Shown here piece after piece: positions 6,695 through 15,913 of a DNA stretch of 37,315 bases; position 1 is the stretch's first letter, and each line of letters starts with the position of its first letter. Under the pieces are notes generated by a model. That model did no database searches, was not told where the DNA came from, and was given only the letters and a program-made list of their open reading frames with translations. Location of the stretch: positions 1-37,315 of IMG/VR virus record IMGVR_UViG_3300034945_000003; one strand, 5' to 3'. This DNA is from a virus. Lineage: Duplodnaviria; Caudoviricetes. Both the position numbers and the translations under genes were made by a program.

Positions 6695-8743
6695 ATGAAA
6701 TCATTTTGGAAAAGAATCTTTAGCGGAGTAAAACAAAAGTCAGTCGCTTTCCTAAGAGCATCCTCTATCTCTCTTAATGGCTCAGAAGATTTTCACGATG
6801 GCCTTAACTTAAGAACATTCAGAGATTCACTTTATCTCTTTATCGGAGTATCACTTATTCGTGAGACTGTTTCATCTATTCCTCTAGAGATGTACAGAAT
6901 CAAGAACGCTCAAGGAGATACTGAGCAAGTATTTGAGGATGACTTTCTAGAGATCCTTGAACGCCCTAACTACATACAGACACAGAAAGAATTTTGGAAA
7001 TTGTCTATCGCTTACTATCTTCTCGCAGGAGAAGCTTTTTGGTATCTAGAGAAAGAGAAAAGTGCTGTACCTACAGCTATGGTGAACATGCGCCCGGACC
7101 ATGTAGAGATTTTACTTTCACAGGACAAGAAAACAATTATAGGTTATGAATTCATGCAAGCAAATGGTACTGCCATCAAGTTGCTTCCTGAAGAAGTTTT
7201 GCATATTAAAAATATAGATCCTTTGAATCCTACTCGTGGTGTCGGAGTTGTTCGCCCTGCTACTCAAAGAATCATTACAGAGAGAGAAGCATCAAAGCAT
7301 CAAGCTGATACATTCAGGAATCAAGGACGTCCTGATATTGCTGTTTTCACTTCTGTGGATCTAAGTACAGAAGATGCTGAGACTGCTCGTGAGAACTGGC
7401 AGAAGATTTATGGTAAGGATAATGGCTCACAGGCTGGATTCTTTGGAGATGATGTGAAGAGTATTCAGATGCTCAACGTATCTCCTAAAGAGATGGACTT
7501 CATCAATTCACAAAACTTCTTGCGTGATGACATCTTAGCTGCTCTCCATGTTCCTAAGGCAATGGTAACAAGTGATGATGTGAATCTCGCTAACTCAAGA
7601 ACAGCTAGAATCAATTATATTAAAGAGGCGTGTCTCCCTGTCCTTGATACTTTTATAGACATCATTAATAACAAATTACTCAACGATCAGGGTAATGATA
7701 CTTTCATCACGTATGAGAATCCTGTCATTGAAGATAGAGACATGATTTTGAAAGAAGCAGTAGAACTTAAGAACGCAGGAATTATCTCTCCTAACGAAGC
7801 GAGAGCTTTAATGAATTATGACTCAGTAGATGGTGGAGATGAACTTGCTCAAGGATCTTCAGGAATGTTCCAACTCTCAATGAAGAAAAAGACTGTTCGA
7901 AAGATAGCAAGGAGACAGCTTACAAAGCGCCCTATTCTTATGAAGAAGTTTGAAGCATACAAGGCTGTGACTAATATGTTAGAGATGAGAAAGGAAGTGA
8001 ATCGTCAGCGTAACTCAGTCTTTAATACCCCTGAACTAAAGGAGTCTTATATCAAGGCTTTCAATAACAAAATAGATAGTAAGGCTCGTATATTTAAGGA
8101 CACAGTAGATGTCTACTATCAAGGCTTTGAGAAGAGAACAATGGAGCATCTTGAGAAGTTTGGAATGAACCCTACAAATATCTTTGATGTTTCAACTGAA
8201 ATGAGAACGTCTAGAGATATATTCGTTCCTCTTATGCAAAATATGTTTAAGAAAGTAGGACAAGAGACTCTTGATGATGTGGCTAATGGATTCTCTTCTA
8301 AGGCTTCAGAGAGTTTCTTTACTCCTGAACAGATGTTACAGATGCTAGAGCAAAGAGCTGAATTCTTTAGCTCTTCAATGTTGGATACAGACTTCAATAG
8401 ACTCAAGAAGATTATTGCTGATGGTCTAGAAGCAGGTAAGGGTGTGGCTGAAATAGGTAGAGATATACGATCTTACTTTGATGACATCTCAGTATCTAGA
8501 GCAAAGACTATCGCTCGTACAGAGACAGGTCATATCGTATCTCAAGCAACTAATGAAGCTTACAAGCAGTCATCACTTGTTACTGGTAAGGAATGGCTAA
8601 CAGCTAATGATTCGAAAGTGAGAGATGAGCACATGATAAATAACGGAGTCATCGTAGGGACAAATGATTCATTCCCTAATGGTGAACATTATCCCGGTGA
8701 GTCCACAATAAATTGCAGATGTGCACTTGCTCCAGCAGTGTAA
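6695..8743 (+). CDS. HK97-family portal protein fused to a C-terminal MuF/SPP1 gp7-like head morphogenesis domain
   Basis: Portal motifs (LERPN, LAGEAFW, EVLHIK, ISPNEARALMNY) then IARTET..KEWLTANDSKVRDEH..INCRC; ATG 6695 preferred to TTG 6680. Confidence 0.9.
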   Translation: MKSFWKRIFSGVKQKSVAFLRASSISLNGSEDFHDGLNLRTFRDSLYLFIGVSLIRETVSSIPLEMYRIKNAQGDTEQVFEDDFLEILERPNYIQTQKEFWKLSIAYYLLAGEAFWYLEKEKSAVPTAMVNMRPDHVEILLSQDKKTIIGYEFMQANGTAIKLLPEEVLHIKNIDPLNPTRGVGVVRPATQRIITEREASKHQADTFRNQGRPDIAVFTSVDLSTEDAETARENWQKIYGKDNGSQAGFFGDDVKSIQMLNVSPKEMDFINSQNFLRDDILAALHVPKAMVTSDDVNLANSRTARINYIKEACLPVLDTFIDIINNKLLNDQGNDTFITYENPVIEDRDMILKEAVELKNAGIISPNEARALMNYDSVDGGDELAQGSSGMFQLSMKKKTVRKIARRQLTKRPILMKKFEAYKAVTNMLEMRKEVNRQRNSVFNTPELKESYIKAFNNKIDSKARIFKDTVDVYYQGFEKRTMEHLEKFGMNPTNIFDVSTEMRTSRDIFVPLMQNMFKKVGQETLDDVANGFSSKASESFFTPEQMLQMLEQRAEFFSSSMLDTDFNRLKKIIADGLEAGKGVAEIGRDIRSYFDDISVSRAKTIARTETGHIVSQATNEAYKQSSLVTGKEWLTANDSKVRDEHMINNGVIVGTNDSFPNGEHYPGESTINCRCALAPAV

Positions 8744-8762
8744 TTACATATATACTATACCT

Positions 8763-9467
8763 ATGAATGAACTAGCCAAAAAACTTGTTGAACAAAAAAG
8801 AGCAAAGGCTCTTGAAATGGCAGGAAAGAAAATTGAGATTCAACTAACTCATAAGGCACTCACTATTGATGAGGATACTCATACAGCTATATTCGTGATG
8901 AGTACATGCTCTATAGATCGTCATGGAGACATTGTAGATCAGGACTCATGGAAGCTAGAATACTTTAAGCTTAATCCTTACTTTGCTCTTCAGCATCGCT
9001 CAGATCAGTTTCCTCTAGGTAAGTGGTTGGAAGTATGGCTAGAAGCAGATCCTAATAACCCAGGAAAGCAGAGACTCGTAGGTAAGGCAGAATTTGCTGT
9101 AGACATCGAGGGAGCAGATGACATCAAGCGAGCATGGGAGCATGTGAAGCGTGGAGATATGAATATGGTATCTATTGGCTTTATTCCTCATCGTGTTGAG
9201 TATGATGAGAACACTGATGCTTTCGTACTCTATGACTGTGAGCTTATGGAATGTTCTCTAGTAGGTATTGGATCTAACCGTCAAGCACTTGTTAAGGAAG
9301 TCTTAACAACTGAAAAGAAAGACGTTGTAGAGGTGGATGAAAAGAAAGAGGCTCTTATTAAAGTAGCTTCTGCTCTTGACATAGAACTCCAAAAAGAGAA
9401 TACTAAGAGTATCAATAGAGCTAAGGCTCATGAATTGGTTTGCAAAGCCATCCGTCAAATGAAATAG
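8763..9467 (+). CDS. HK97-family prohead protease
   Basis: DRHGDIV, ALQH, VSIGF, LMECSLVGIGSN; ATG 8763 preferred. Confidence 0.9.
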   Translation: MNELAKKLVEQKRAKALEMAGKKIEIQLTHKALTIDEDTHTAIFVMSTCSIDRHGDIVDQDSWKLEYFKLNPYFALQHRSDQFPLGKWLEVWLEADPNNPGKQRLVGKAEFAVDIEGADDIKRAWEHVKRGDMNMVSIGFIPHRVEYDENTDAFVLYDCELMECSLVGIGSNRQALVKEVLTTEKKDVVEVDEKKEALIKVASALDIELQKENTKSINRAKAHELVCKAIRQMK

Positions 9468-9544
9468 AATCGTCAAGCTGTGATAAAACTATACCCCTGA
9501 AATGGGCACAGTAAAAATTACCAGTTTATTCTATTCATAACATT

Positions 9545-10870
9545 ATGAAAAAGTTTTTTAGAATCGTAGCAGGACAGAAGTTCTACTGTGATGAAAAGGG
9601 TATCCTTACTAAGGATACAGAAGGCAAGTTCGAAGAAGTTGCCACAACTGATACAGAAGCAAAGGAGGTTTCTGTAGAAGATGAGTCAGTAAAGGAAGTA
9701 ACAGAAATGCTTACTAAGGCTACTGCTCAAGTTAAAGCCGGTGCTCTTAAGAGCATGGGTGAATCTGAAGTTACTGCTATCAAGGCGGTAGATTCTCTCT
9801 TTGAGAGTATCGCTAAGTCTGCTACAAAGCATACTAAGGTTTCAGATACTCAGGACAAAGCAAGCTTTGATCTTGAGAAAGTGCAGAAAGGTCTTAGCGA
9901 TCTTTATGCTCGTCAACGAAACACTTTTTCTTTCTCTATCAAGAGTAAGAAAGATTTGGAATTCCTTTCCAAAGCTACAAGTGAATCAGGTAGTCTCACA
10001 GATGATGTGATTCAGCCACAGGTTGTAACTGAGATCACTCGTGATCCTGTTCGCCAAGTATTCGTAGAAAGTATTGCTGATGTTACTCCTAACATGACAT
10101 CAGATGCACTTTCATACGTGGAAGTTACTAATGAGTCAGGTGCTCCACTTTCAACTGCTGAACTTGGAGACATCCCTGAAAAGGATTTTGAATTCCAAGA
10201 ATTCAAGGCTCCATTGAAGAAGATTACTGTGATGAATAAGCACAGTGTTGAGATTCTTCAAGATGCTTCTCAGCTTGTAGCAGCTATCAAAGGCTGGTTA
10301 CAGGAGGACATCAATATCGTTACAGATCAGCAACTCTTGACTGGTAACGGTATCGGAGATCAGCTTCCTGGTGTATTCGGAGTAGCTTCAGTTCTTGATG
10401 CTACTGCTGTGGGTACAAAGCGTGTAGCTTTTGCTAACCTTGCCGATGTTATTCGTGTAGCTATTACGAAAGTAGCAGTTACAGGAAAGGGTAAGTTCCA
10501 AGCTAACTATGTGCTCTTGAATCCTACAGATGCGGATGAACTCGATCTTACTAAGGATGAAAATGGACAGTACATTCTACCTCCATTCAAGTCAGCAGAT
10601 GGACAGACAATCAAGGGTGCTCGCATCATTGAAAATGTCGGTATCACTGCTGGTAAGTTCCTTGTAGGAGACTTCCGTAAGCTTCACGTTGGTACAAAGG
10701 GTGGAGTTGAAATTGAGATGACTAACTCAGATGGTACAGACTTTGCAAAAGATATTCTTTCTGTAAAGCTTCGCCGTCGTGTAGCATCTTATGTACGTCA
10801 GAATGACAGTGGTGCGTTCTGGACTGGAGACATCTCTGATGTCGTTGATGCTCTTACTAGCCTCTCATAA
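9545..10870 (+). CDS. major capsid protein (HK97 fold)
   Basis: QQLLTGNG, LLNPTD, LTKDENGQYI, FLVGDF motifs; follows the protease. Confidence 0.95.
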   Translation: MKKFFRIVAGQKFYCDEKGILTKDTEGKFEEVATTDTEAKEVSVEDESVKEVTEMLTKATAQVKAGALKSMGESEVTAIKAVDSLFESIAKSATKHTKVSDTQDKASFDLEKVQKGLSDLYARQRNTFSFSIKSKKDLEFLSKATSESGSLTDDVIQPQVVTEITRDPVRQVFVESIADVTPNMTSDALSYVEVTNESGAPLSTAELGDIPEKDFEFQEFKAPLKKITVMNKHSVEILQDASQLVAAIKGWLQEDINIVTDQQLLTGNGIGDQLPGVFGVASVLDATAVGTKRVAFANLADVIRVAITKVAVTGKGKFQANYVLLNPTDADELDLTKDENGQYILPPFKSADGQTIKGARIIENVGITAGKFLVGDFRKLHVGTKGGVEIEMTNSDGTDFAKDILSVKLRRRVASYVRQNDSGAFWTGDISDVVDALTSLS

Positions 10871-10875
10871 TCTTT

Positions 10876-11277
10876 ATGAGTGAAGTAATCTTCAAAGAGG
10901 GGACAATACTTGAGAACGAGATAAGACAATTCACTAAGGTGATTTCATTCAAGAATGGAGTCTATGCCCTAAGTGGTTGGATGACTCGTGAGAATGCTAT
11001 GAAGTCTACAGTTGCTAAGGTTTTCCTTAACATCTATGGAGCAAGGCACGCTAATCTCAGGGCTGTTCGAGTGGCTTCTAAAGACAAGGAAAGCACCACA
11101 ACCAAGTCTGAAGTTACCACTTCATCTGTGTCATCTAATGGATCTAAAACGACCAAGTATTCAAAAGCCGATCTTAAAAAGCTCGATGCTAAAGGACTAA
11201 AAGCCCTTGCTGAAAAATTGAAGTTAGATTCAAAAGGTAAACGTGCAGATGTCGAAAAGAGAATTCTAGCGATATAA
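10876..11277 (+). CDS. hypothetical protein with C-terminal Rho-N/HeH-like helical domain
   Basis: LKKLDAKGLKALAEKLKLDSKGKRADVEKRIL after a Ser/Thr linker. Confidence 0.6.
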   Translation: MSEVIFKEGTILENEIRQFTKVISFKNGVYALSGWMTRENAMKSTVAKVFLNIYGARHANLRAVRVASKDKESTTTKSEVTTSSVSSNGSKTTKYSKADLKKLDAKGLKALAEKLKLDSKGKRADVEKRILAI

Positions 11278-11320
11278 TTCTTTTGTAGGGAAGCAGAGTA
11301 ATCTGCTTTCTTATCAAGAA
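11278..11320 (+). terminator. hairpin/terminator after the capsid genes
   Basis: TAGGGAAGCAGA-GTAA-TCTGCTTTCTTA stem with a GNRA loop. Confidence 0.6.
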
Positions 11321-11324
11321 AATT

Positions 11325-12314
11325 ATGCTTGATCCAACTAAAAATTTTGCAAAGGGAAAAGTCGTAGGAGTCTATGATGCTGATGATCTCTATGTAGATG
11401 TAGAGGATGCTTCTGTATTCCCTAACCCTGAAGTAGATGGAGAGTTTAATTTAGTATGGTACAACCACAGTGATTATCCTGATCCTAGTGATGATCCTAA
11501 TGTAGAGATCATACGAGTAACTGGGTATGATGATACAAATAGATTTTCAATACTAAGATCACAAGAGGGTACAGTCGCATCTACTAAGAATCGATCTCAG
11601 AAGATATATAAGCTCATAAGAGGATTTACAAAGAAAGACTATGATGAAATCATTTCTGATACTGATAAGGTGGAGACTATAACCATCACAGGAGACTCAA
11701 TATCAGCTTTAGAGCCTGGGCAAGATATAGAGCTAGTTGCCCCTATAGCTGATAAATTTAATGTCCTTAGAGACATATATATAAAAGTGTCTGTTACTGA
11801 AGATCCTCTTTCTCCGGCTTCTATTTTAGAAGATCCAAAGTACAAGGGTCTTATGAATCAATTTGGAGAGGGTCCAGCAATTTATGAAGTAGGAGATATA
11901 TTTAGGTATCCTGATACAAATGTTTTCTATATTACAACTGGAGCATCAGAGGGTGAAGTAGGTGGAAGTAACCTTATGCTTGTAGATCCTGCTGGAGTTG
12001 CTTCAGGGAATGAATATGTAGACGTCTACAGACAAGATCCTTATCTTGATGGAGTAGATTTAATTCACATGGGAATAACCTCAGCAGAGATCAGTGGGCT
12101 TCTAACTAATGCTCTTTCTAGGGCTATCTTAGTAGAAGAGACTATACTACTCCACTTACAGGGCTATTTTGCCCCAGGAGCATCGCTAGACAGCGTACCT
12201 GATACCTTCCCTGAAGCTAATGAATCTATCAAGCTAGTGTTTAATAATGGCGGTGGAGCAGGCTTCCATGAGGGTGTGAGTCTAGAGTGTCGTGTATCGT
12301 ATAAGACACTCTAG
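11325..12314 (+). CDS. putative virion accessory/decoration protein (acidic, beta-rich)
   Basis: Located between capsid and head-tail genes; N-terminal EIIRVTG..RSQEGT module typical of virion fibre anchors. Confidence 0.5.
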   Translation: MLDPTKNFAKGKVVGVYDADDLYVDVEDASVFPNPEVDGEFNLVWYNHSDYPDPSDDPNVEIIRVTGYDDTNRFSILRSQEGTVASTKNRSQKIYKLIRGFTKKDYDEIISDTDKVETITITGDSISALEPGQDIELVAPIADKFNVLRDIYIKVSVTEDPLSPASILEDPKYKGLMNQFGEGPAIYEVGDIFRYPDTNVFYITTGASEGEVGGSNLMLVDPAGVASGNEYVDVYRQDPYLDGVDLIHMGITSAEISGLLTNALSRAILVEETILLHLQGYFAPGASLDSVPDTFPEANESIKLVFNNGGGAGFHEGVSLECRVSYKTL

Positions 12315-12334
12315 CTATGCTATAATTTATTTAT

Positions 12335-12514
12335 ATGATAGCCACAGCTTTTGGATCAGTAGCAATGGGTGGACAAGTAGCTATAAGCAATGTGCGCTTT
12401 CCATATACAAAGAGATCGGCTTCTCTTACAGCGATGGAAAATATCTTTACAAAAAAGACAACTCCATTTACTCCTAAAGAGGTCTACTCTAAAAAGACTT
12501 CCCCTTATTCATAA
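12335..12514 (+). CDS. 59-aa hypothetical protein (not in ORF track)
   Basis: MIATAFGSVAMGGQVAISNVRFPYTKRS...KKTSPYS*; preceded by TGcTATAAT at 12318-12326. Confidence 0.6.
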   Translation: MIATAFGSVAMGGQVAISNVRFPYTKRSASLTAMENIFTKKTTPFTPKEVYSKKTSPYS

Positions 12515-12524
12515 CTAAAATACT

Positions 12525-13082
12525 ATGCCTGAATACACAACAAAAGAAGCAGTAGAAAATTACTTACTCAGAAACATTGATTCATCTTTCAACGATCAAA
12601 TTACTGAGTGGATTATTGCTATGAGTCTACAGGTAGACAAGATTTGTAATAGGCAGATGTACCGGGCAGAGGAAGAGACTTATGTATATGACGGAGATGG
12701 TACAGATATGATAATGATTAAAGACTGTTGTGATATTTCTGCTGTTACTGTAGACGGGGTAGAAAAGACTGTATACAAGTATCCAGTAAATAAAGAGTAT
12801 GCAAGTCGTATCAGACTAGATGGAGACACTTTCACTAAGGGGCTTCAGAATGTCGCTGTAACAGGAATTCAGGCCATGAGCGCTACTCTTCAGGAGGATG
12901 TGAAGTATGCTTGTACTGTTATGGTGGCTGGTATTTGTAATGCTCAAATTTTCAATGAGAAGCAAGGTACTACTGAAAGAATCGGTAACTATCAAATTAC
13001 TTACAAAGATGATGCTCAAAAGACAGATTATGAAAGAGCCGTATCAGCACTCTCTAAGTATAAGAGAATCGCACTAGGTTAA
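12525..13082 (+). CDS. head-tail connector/adaptor protein
   Basis: YTTKEAVENYL..DKICNR..YDGDG..EDVKYAC..TERIGNYQITY; gene position. Confidence 0.8.
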   Translation: MPEYTTKEAVENYLLRNIDSSFNDQITEWIIAMSLQVDKICNRQMYRAEEETYVYDGDGTDMIMIKDCCDISAVTVDGVEKTVYKYPVNKEYASRIRLDGDTFTKGLQNVAVTGIQAMSATLQEDVKYACTVMVAGICNAQIFNEKQGTTERIGNYQITYKDDAQKTDYERAVSALSKYKRIALG

Positions 13083-13087
13083 AAATT

Positions 13088-13420
13088 ATGTCATATCTCT
13101 CACTACTCATCCAACTATGTACCATTCAAGCTAAGTCTCTTACTACTACCGGGTATGAGCAAATTGAATCATGGGAAGATGTAGCTGAGGATGTGCCTTG
13201 TAGAAAGGATAAAGACAACTCTCCAAGTATTTCAGATGGAGACATGAGAAAGAATACTGATAACGATCTATTTTATTTCATGCCCACAGTAGTTATTGAG
13301 AGAGGTAACAGAATCATTATTGATGGAGAAACGTATGATGTGCTTAAAGTAAATAAGTCTATGGACTCTACTGAGGTGCATCATCTCGAAGTAACAGCAA
13401 GGATGACAGACAACAAATAA
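13088..13420 (+). CDS. head-closure (stopper) protein
   Basis: WEDVAEDVPCR..RIIIDGETYDVL..HHLEV pattern; gene position. Confidence 0.8.
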   Translation: MSYLSLLIQLCTIQAKSLTTTGYEQIESWEDVAEDVPCRKDKDNSPSISDGDMRKNTDNDLFYFMPTVVIERGNRIIIDGETYDVLKVNKSMDSTEVHHLEVTARMTDNK

Positions 13421-13423
13421 TCT

Positions 13424-13801
13424 ATGTCATTAAAAGCAGTCATACAATTTATTAATAAGACTGATGATGTTGAGAAAGGAGTAGGAAAGTTCGTAAATGT
13501 AGCTGTACAGAAATCTCTTCTAGTGATGGAGAGAAACATAAAAGTAAATACTCCTGTACAAGAGGGACATCTCAGAAGAAGTATATCCAACAGGATGATA
13601 GATTTTTTTAATGGAGAAGTGTTCACTAACCCTGTCAGTGGAAATGTGGAAACGAAGTATGCTCTGTTCGTGGAATTTGGAACTAAGTTTATGGCCCCAC
13701 GTGCGATGTTTAGAAAAGGAGCTGCTCAGTCTCAAGAAAAGATACAAGAGATATTCAAAGATGAAGCTGAGAACGTGCTGAGTGAGGTAAGGGGTGTATA
13801 A
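13424..13801 (+). CDS. HK97 gp10-like tail component
   Basis: TPVQEGHLRRSI, YALFVEFGT, MAPRAMF. Confidence 0.9.
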   Translation: MSLKAVIQFINKTDDVEKGVGKFVNVAVQKSLLVMERNIKVNTPVQEGHLRRSISNRMIDFFNGEVFTNPVSGNVETKYALFVEFGTKFMAPRAMFRKGAAQSQEKIQEIFKDEAENVLSEVRGV

Positions 13802-13808
13802 TATATAT

Positions 13809-14204
13809 ATGCAATTAGAGAACTACATTTTTAATAAGATAACTGAGGATACAACTCTTCAGACTTTGCTTAATGCAGGAGGTGGAAAATACCACATCTA
13901 TCCTAATGTTATTCCTAGAGATACTACTTTCTCTCAGGCTATTACATTCACTAAGATCATAACAAATGATGTATATCCAGCCGCTTCCTCAAGCAATGTA
14001 CAGTTTAATATCTTTGCTAGTACTCATGTAAAGATAACAGAAGTCGCTCAGGCTTTGAGTGATCTCTTTAATGGGGACAACAACAATTCAGATGATGGCT
14101 TTAATGTTATATTTTCAATAAGGAAGTCTGAGTCTGATCTAGGGTATGACTTTGATGAAAAGCTATACCAAAGGGAAGCTACTTATTACTTCAAGCTTAG
14201 ATAA
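13809..14204 (+). CDS. tail terminator/completion protein
   Basis: IYPNVIP..VQFNIFA pattern; lies between gp10-like gene and tail tube; ATG 13809 preferred. Confidence 0.7.
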   Translation: MQLENYIFNKITEDTTLQTLLNAGGGKYHIYPNVIPRDTTFSQAITFTKIITNDVYPAASSSNVQFNIFASTHVKITEVAQALSDLFNGDNNNSDDGFNVIFSIRKSESDLGYDFDEKLYQREATYYFKLR

Positions 14205-14209
14205 ATTCT

Positions 14210-14371
14210 ATGACTAAAAATCGCCAAATAACCACAGGTTTTAATAAAGAGGTACAGGATGGAATCATCCTTGAAAACATCTCAACAGGAGAGCTAAAAT
14301 CTTTTACTAAGAGTGAGGCTCGAAGAATACTTGCTACTGACAAGAGCAAATACCGTATACACATGGACTAG
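14210..14371 (+). CDS. 53-aa hypothetical protein (not in ORF track)
   Basis: MTKNRQITTGFNKEVQDGIILENISTGELKSFTKSEARRILATDKSKYRIHMD*. Confidence 0.6.
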   Translation: MTKNRQITTGFNKEVQDGIILENISTGELKSFTKSEARRILATDKSKYRIHMD

Positions 14372-14485
14372 ACACTTGCAAGGTGGTATCCTATATACAA
14401 GACTAAAGAAGTCTGTATCGCAAAATCTAGTGCCTAGAATAGCGGTAAATTATTAAGTGTACTAAACATAAATTTACAAACTTTT

Positions 14486-15262
14486 ATGAGCAAGCAAACA
14501 ACTATCCAAGTACCTGAAGCGATCCGTAAGGGGTCAGTCAGAGTACTCATTGGAGCAAACTTTGGAGCACTTACAGACATTGGTGCTTTGAGAAATCCTG
14601 TTATCACATCTCTAGCTGAGAATCAGTCTATTGAATTTGATAACGTAGATCCACTACAGAAATTCGTTAAGGGTCAGCGTGTACAAGTTACATTCGATCT
14701 AGCGGAAATCAACTTTACAAACATTGCTGTACTTGATGCAGGAATCATCAACTATACAACCACAGCAGGATCTATTGTGTCTGGTGCTGAACAGCTTGTA
14801 GTAGCCGGAGACTGGGCTTACAATCAGTTCATCAAGATCACTAATCAAAATGGTGATGGAACTATCATTGATGTGAACAGTGTTGTAGCAGCTACAAACG
14901 GAGCACTCGTAGCTGAGACTGATTACTTCCTTGGTCAGAACGAAGCAGGAGAATATGGAATCTTCATTAAGGATTCTGTTACTGTTACGACTCTTAACCA
15001 GAACATCACTATTGATTACGACTACACTCCAAACGCTTCAAAGAATCTTACATTCAATGATTCAGGGACTAAGACTCTCAAGTGTATGCGCCTTATCAAT
15101 ACTGATGAGAATGGTGATGAATTCCGTATCGACATTGAAGATGGAACAAACTTTGCTCCTATCTCTATGGACTTTGCAGGAGATGAAGAGGATAACGTAG
15201 CTATTCTTCCAGTAGACTTCCAGGGTAAGATCGTGGAATGGGTGGATGAACAGAACGCTTAA
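14486..15262 (+). CDS. major tail (tube) protein
   Basis: Position before chaperone and tape measure genes; acidic beta-rich sequence; long leader. Confidence 0.8.
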   Translation: MSKQTTIQVPEAIRKGSVRVLIGANFGALTDIGALRNPVITSLAENQSIEFDNVDPLQKFVKGQRVQVTFDLAEINFTNIAVLDAGIINYTTTAGSIVSGAEQLVVAGDWAYNQFIKITNQNGDGTIIDVNSVVAATNGALVAETDYFLGQNEAGEYGIFIKDSVTVTTLNQNITIDYDYTPNASKNLTFNDSGTKTLKCMRLINTDENGDEFRIDIEDGTNFAPISMDFAGDEEDNVAILPVDFQGKIVEWVDEQNA

Positions 15263-15275
15263 TCTCTTATAGCTC

Positions 15276-15644
15276 ATGCCGACTCTTGATCTATACAAAA
15301 ACAGAAACTACTCTGTCATCAAATTAGGTGATGGAAAGGAGTATAAAGTACCTACTGAATACACTGTCGAAGAGATCGAGAGACTGCTAGAGCTTAGGGT
15401 AGCTCAACAGAAAAAGCAGAAAGAAGAAGTAGATGAAGAGATGAAAGAAGCTCAACTCTATAACTTTTGGAAAATAATCTTTGAACAAATAGAGATTATT
15501 TTCCAGCGCTTTCAGCCTGAGCTTAAAGCAGAGGATCTTAAGAAGATCATCACACAGAATGAGGCACTAGAAATACTTGGATTCTTCCAAGAGTACAGAA
15601 ATCTATCTACTGTAAACTCAGTAGACACAAAAAAAAAAGCTTAG
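15276..15644 (+). CDS. tail assembly chaperone (gpG-like)
   Basis: Between tail tube and TMP; ends in an A10 slippery run. Confidence 0.8.
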   Translation: MPTLDLYKNRNYSVIKLGDGKEYKVPTEYTVEEIERLLELRVAQQKKQKEEVDEEMKEAQLYNFWKIIFEQIEIIFQRFQPELKAEDLKKIITQNEALEILGFFQEYRNLSTVNSVDTKKKA

Positions 15645-15656
15645 CTAGCGCTGAGT
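15629..15656 (+). promoter_or_regulatory. -1 programmed frameshift site
   Basis: A10 run (A AAA AAA) followed at once by hairpin GCTTAGC-tagc-GCTGAGT; the -1 frame is open to 15913. Confidence 0.8.
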
Positions 15657-15913
15657 TGAGAGACATACGCCGGGTGATTACTTTTATGGTAGTCAACGGC
15701 TTTTCTCTTTTAGAGTTAAGGAAGCTTTATATTGATGAATTGTTTAACTTTCATCAAGAGCTTATCTACTCTCTTGAGCAGATGGGCAAGTTAAAAGAGG
15801 GAAGCTATGCTAAAATTGTAAGTAGCAATAAAGAGAATACTGCTGAGGAAACGGTCAAGCTTTTGAGAAAGCAAATGTTTAAGACTATTGCTGATAAAAA
15901 TAAAAGATCATGA
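15638..15913 (+). CDS. frameshift extension of the tail chaperone (gpT-like)
   Basis: -1 frame reads SLASAELRDIRRV...; TTG 15656 is probably not a real start. Confidence 0.75.
   Translation, partial: SLASAELRDIRRVITFMVVNGFSLLELRKLYIDELFNFHQELIYSLEQMGKLKEGSYAKIVSSNKENTAEETVKLLRKQMFKTIADKNKRS

Noticed and set aside
12292-12477. 61-aa ORF from the track
   Set aside because: Overlaps the upstream gene and a -10 box; ATG ORF 12335-12514 tiles better
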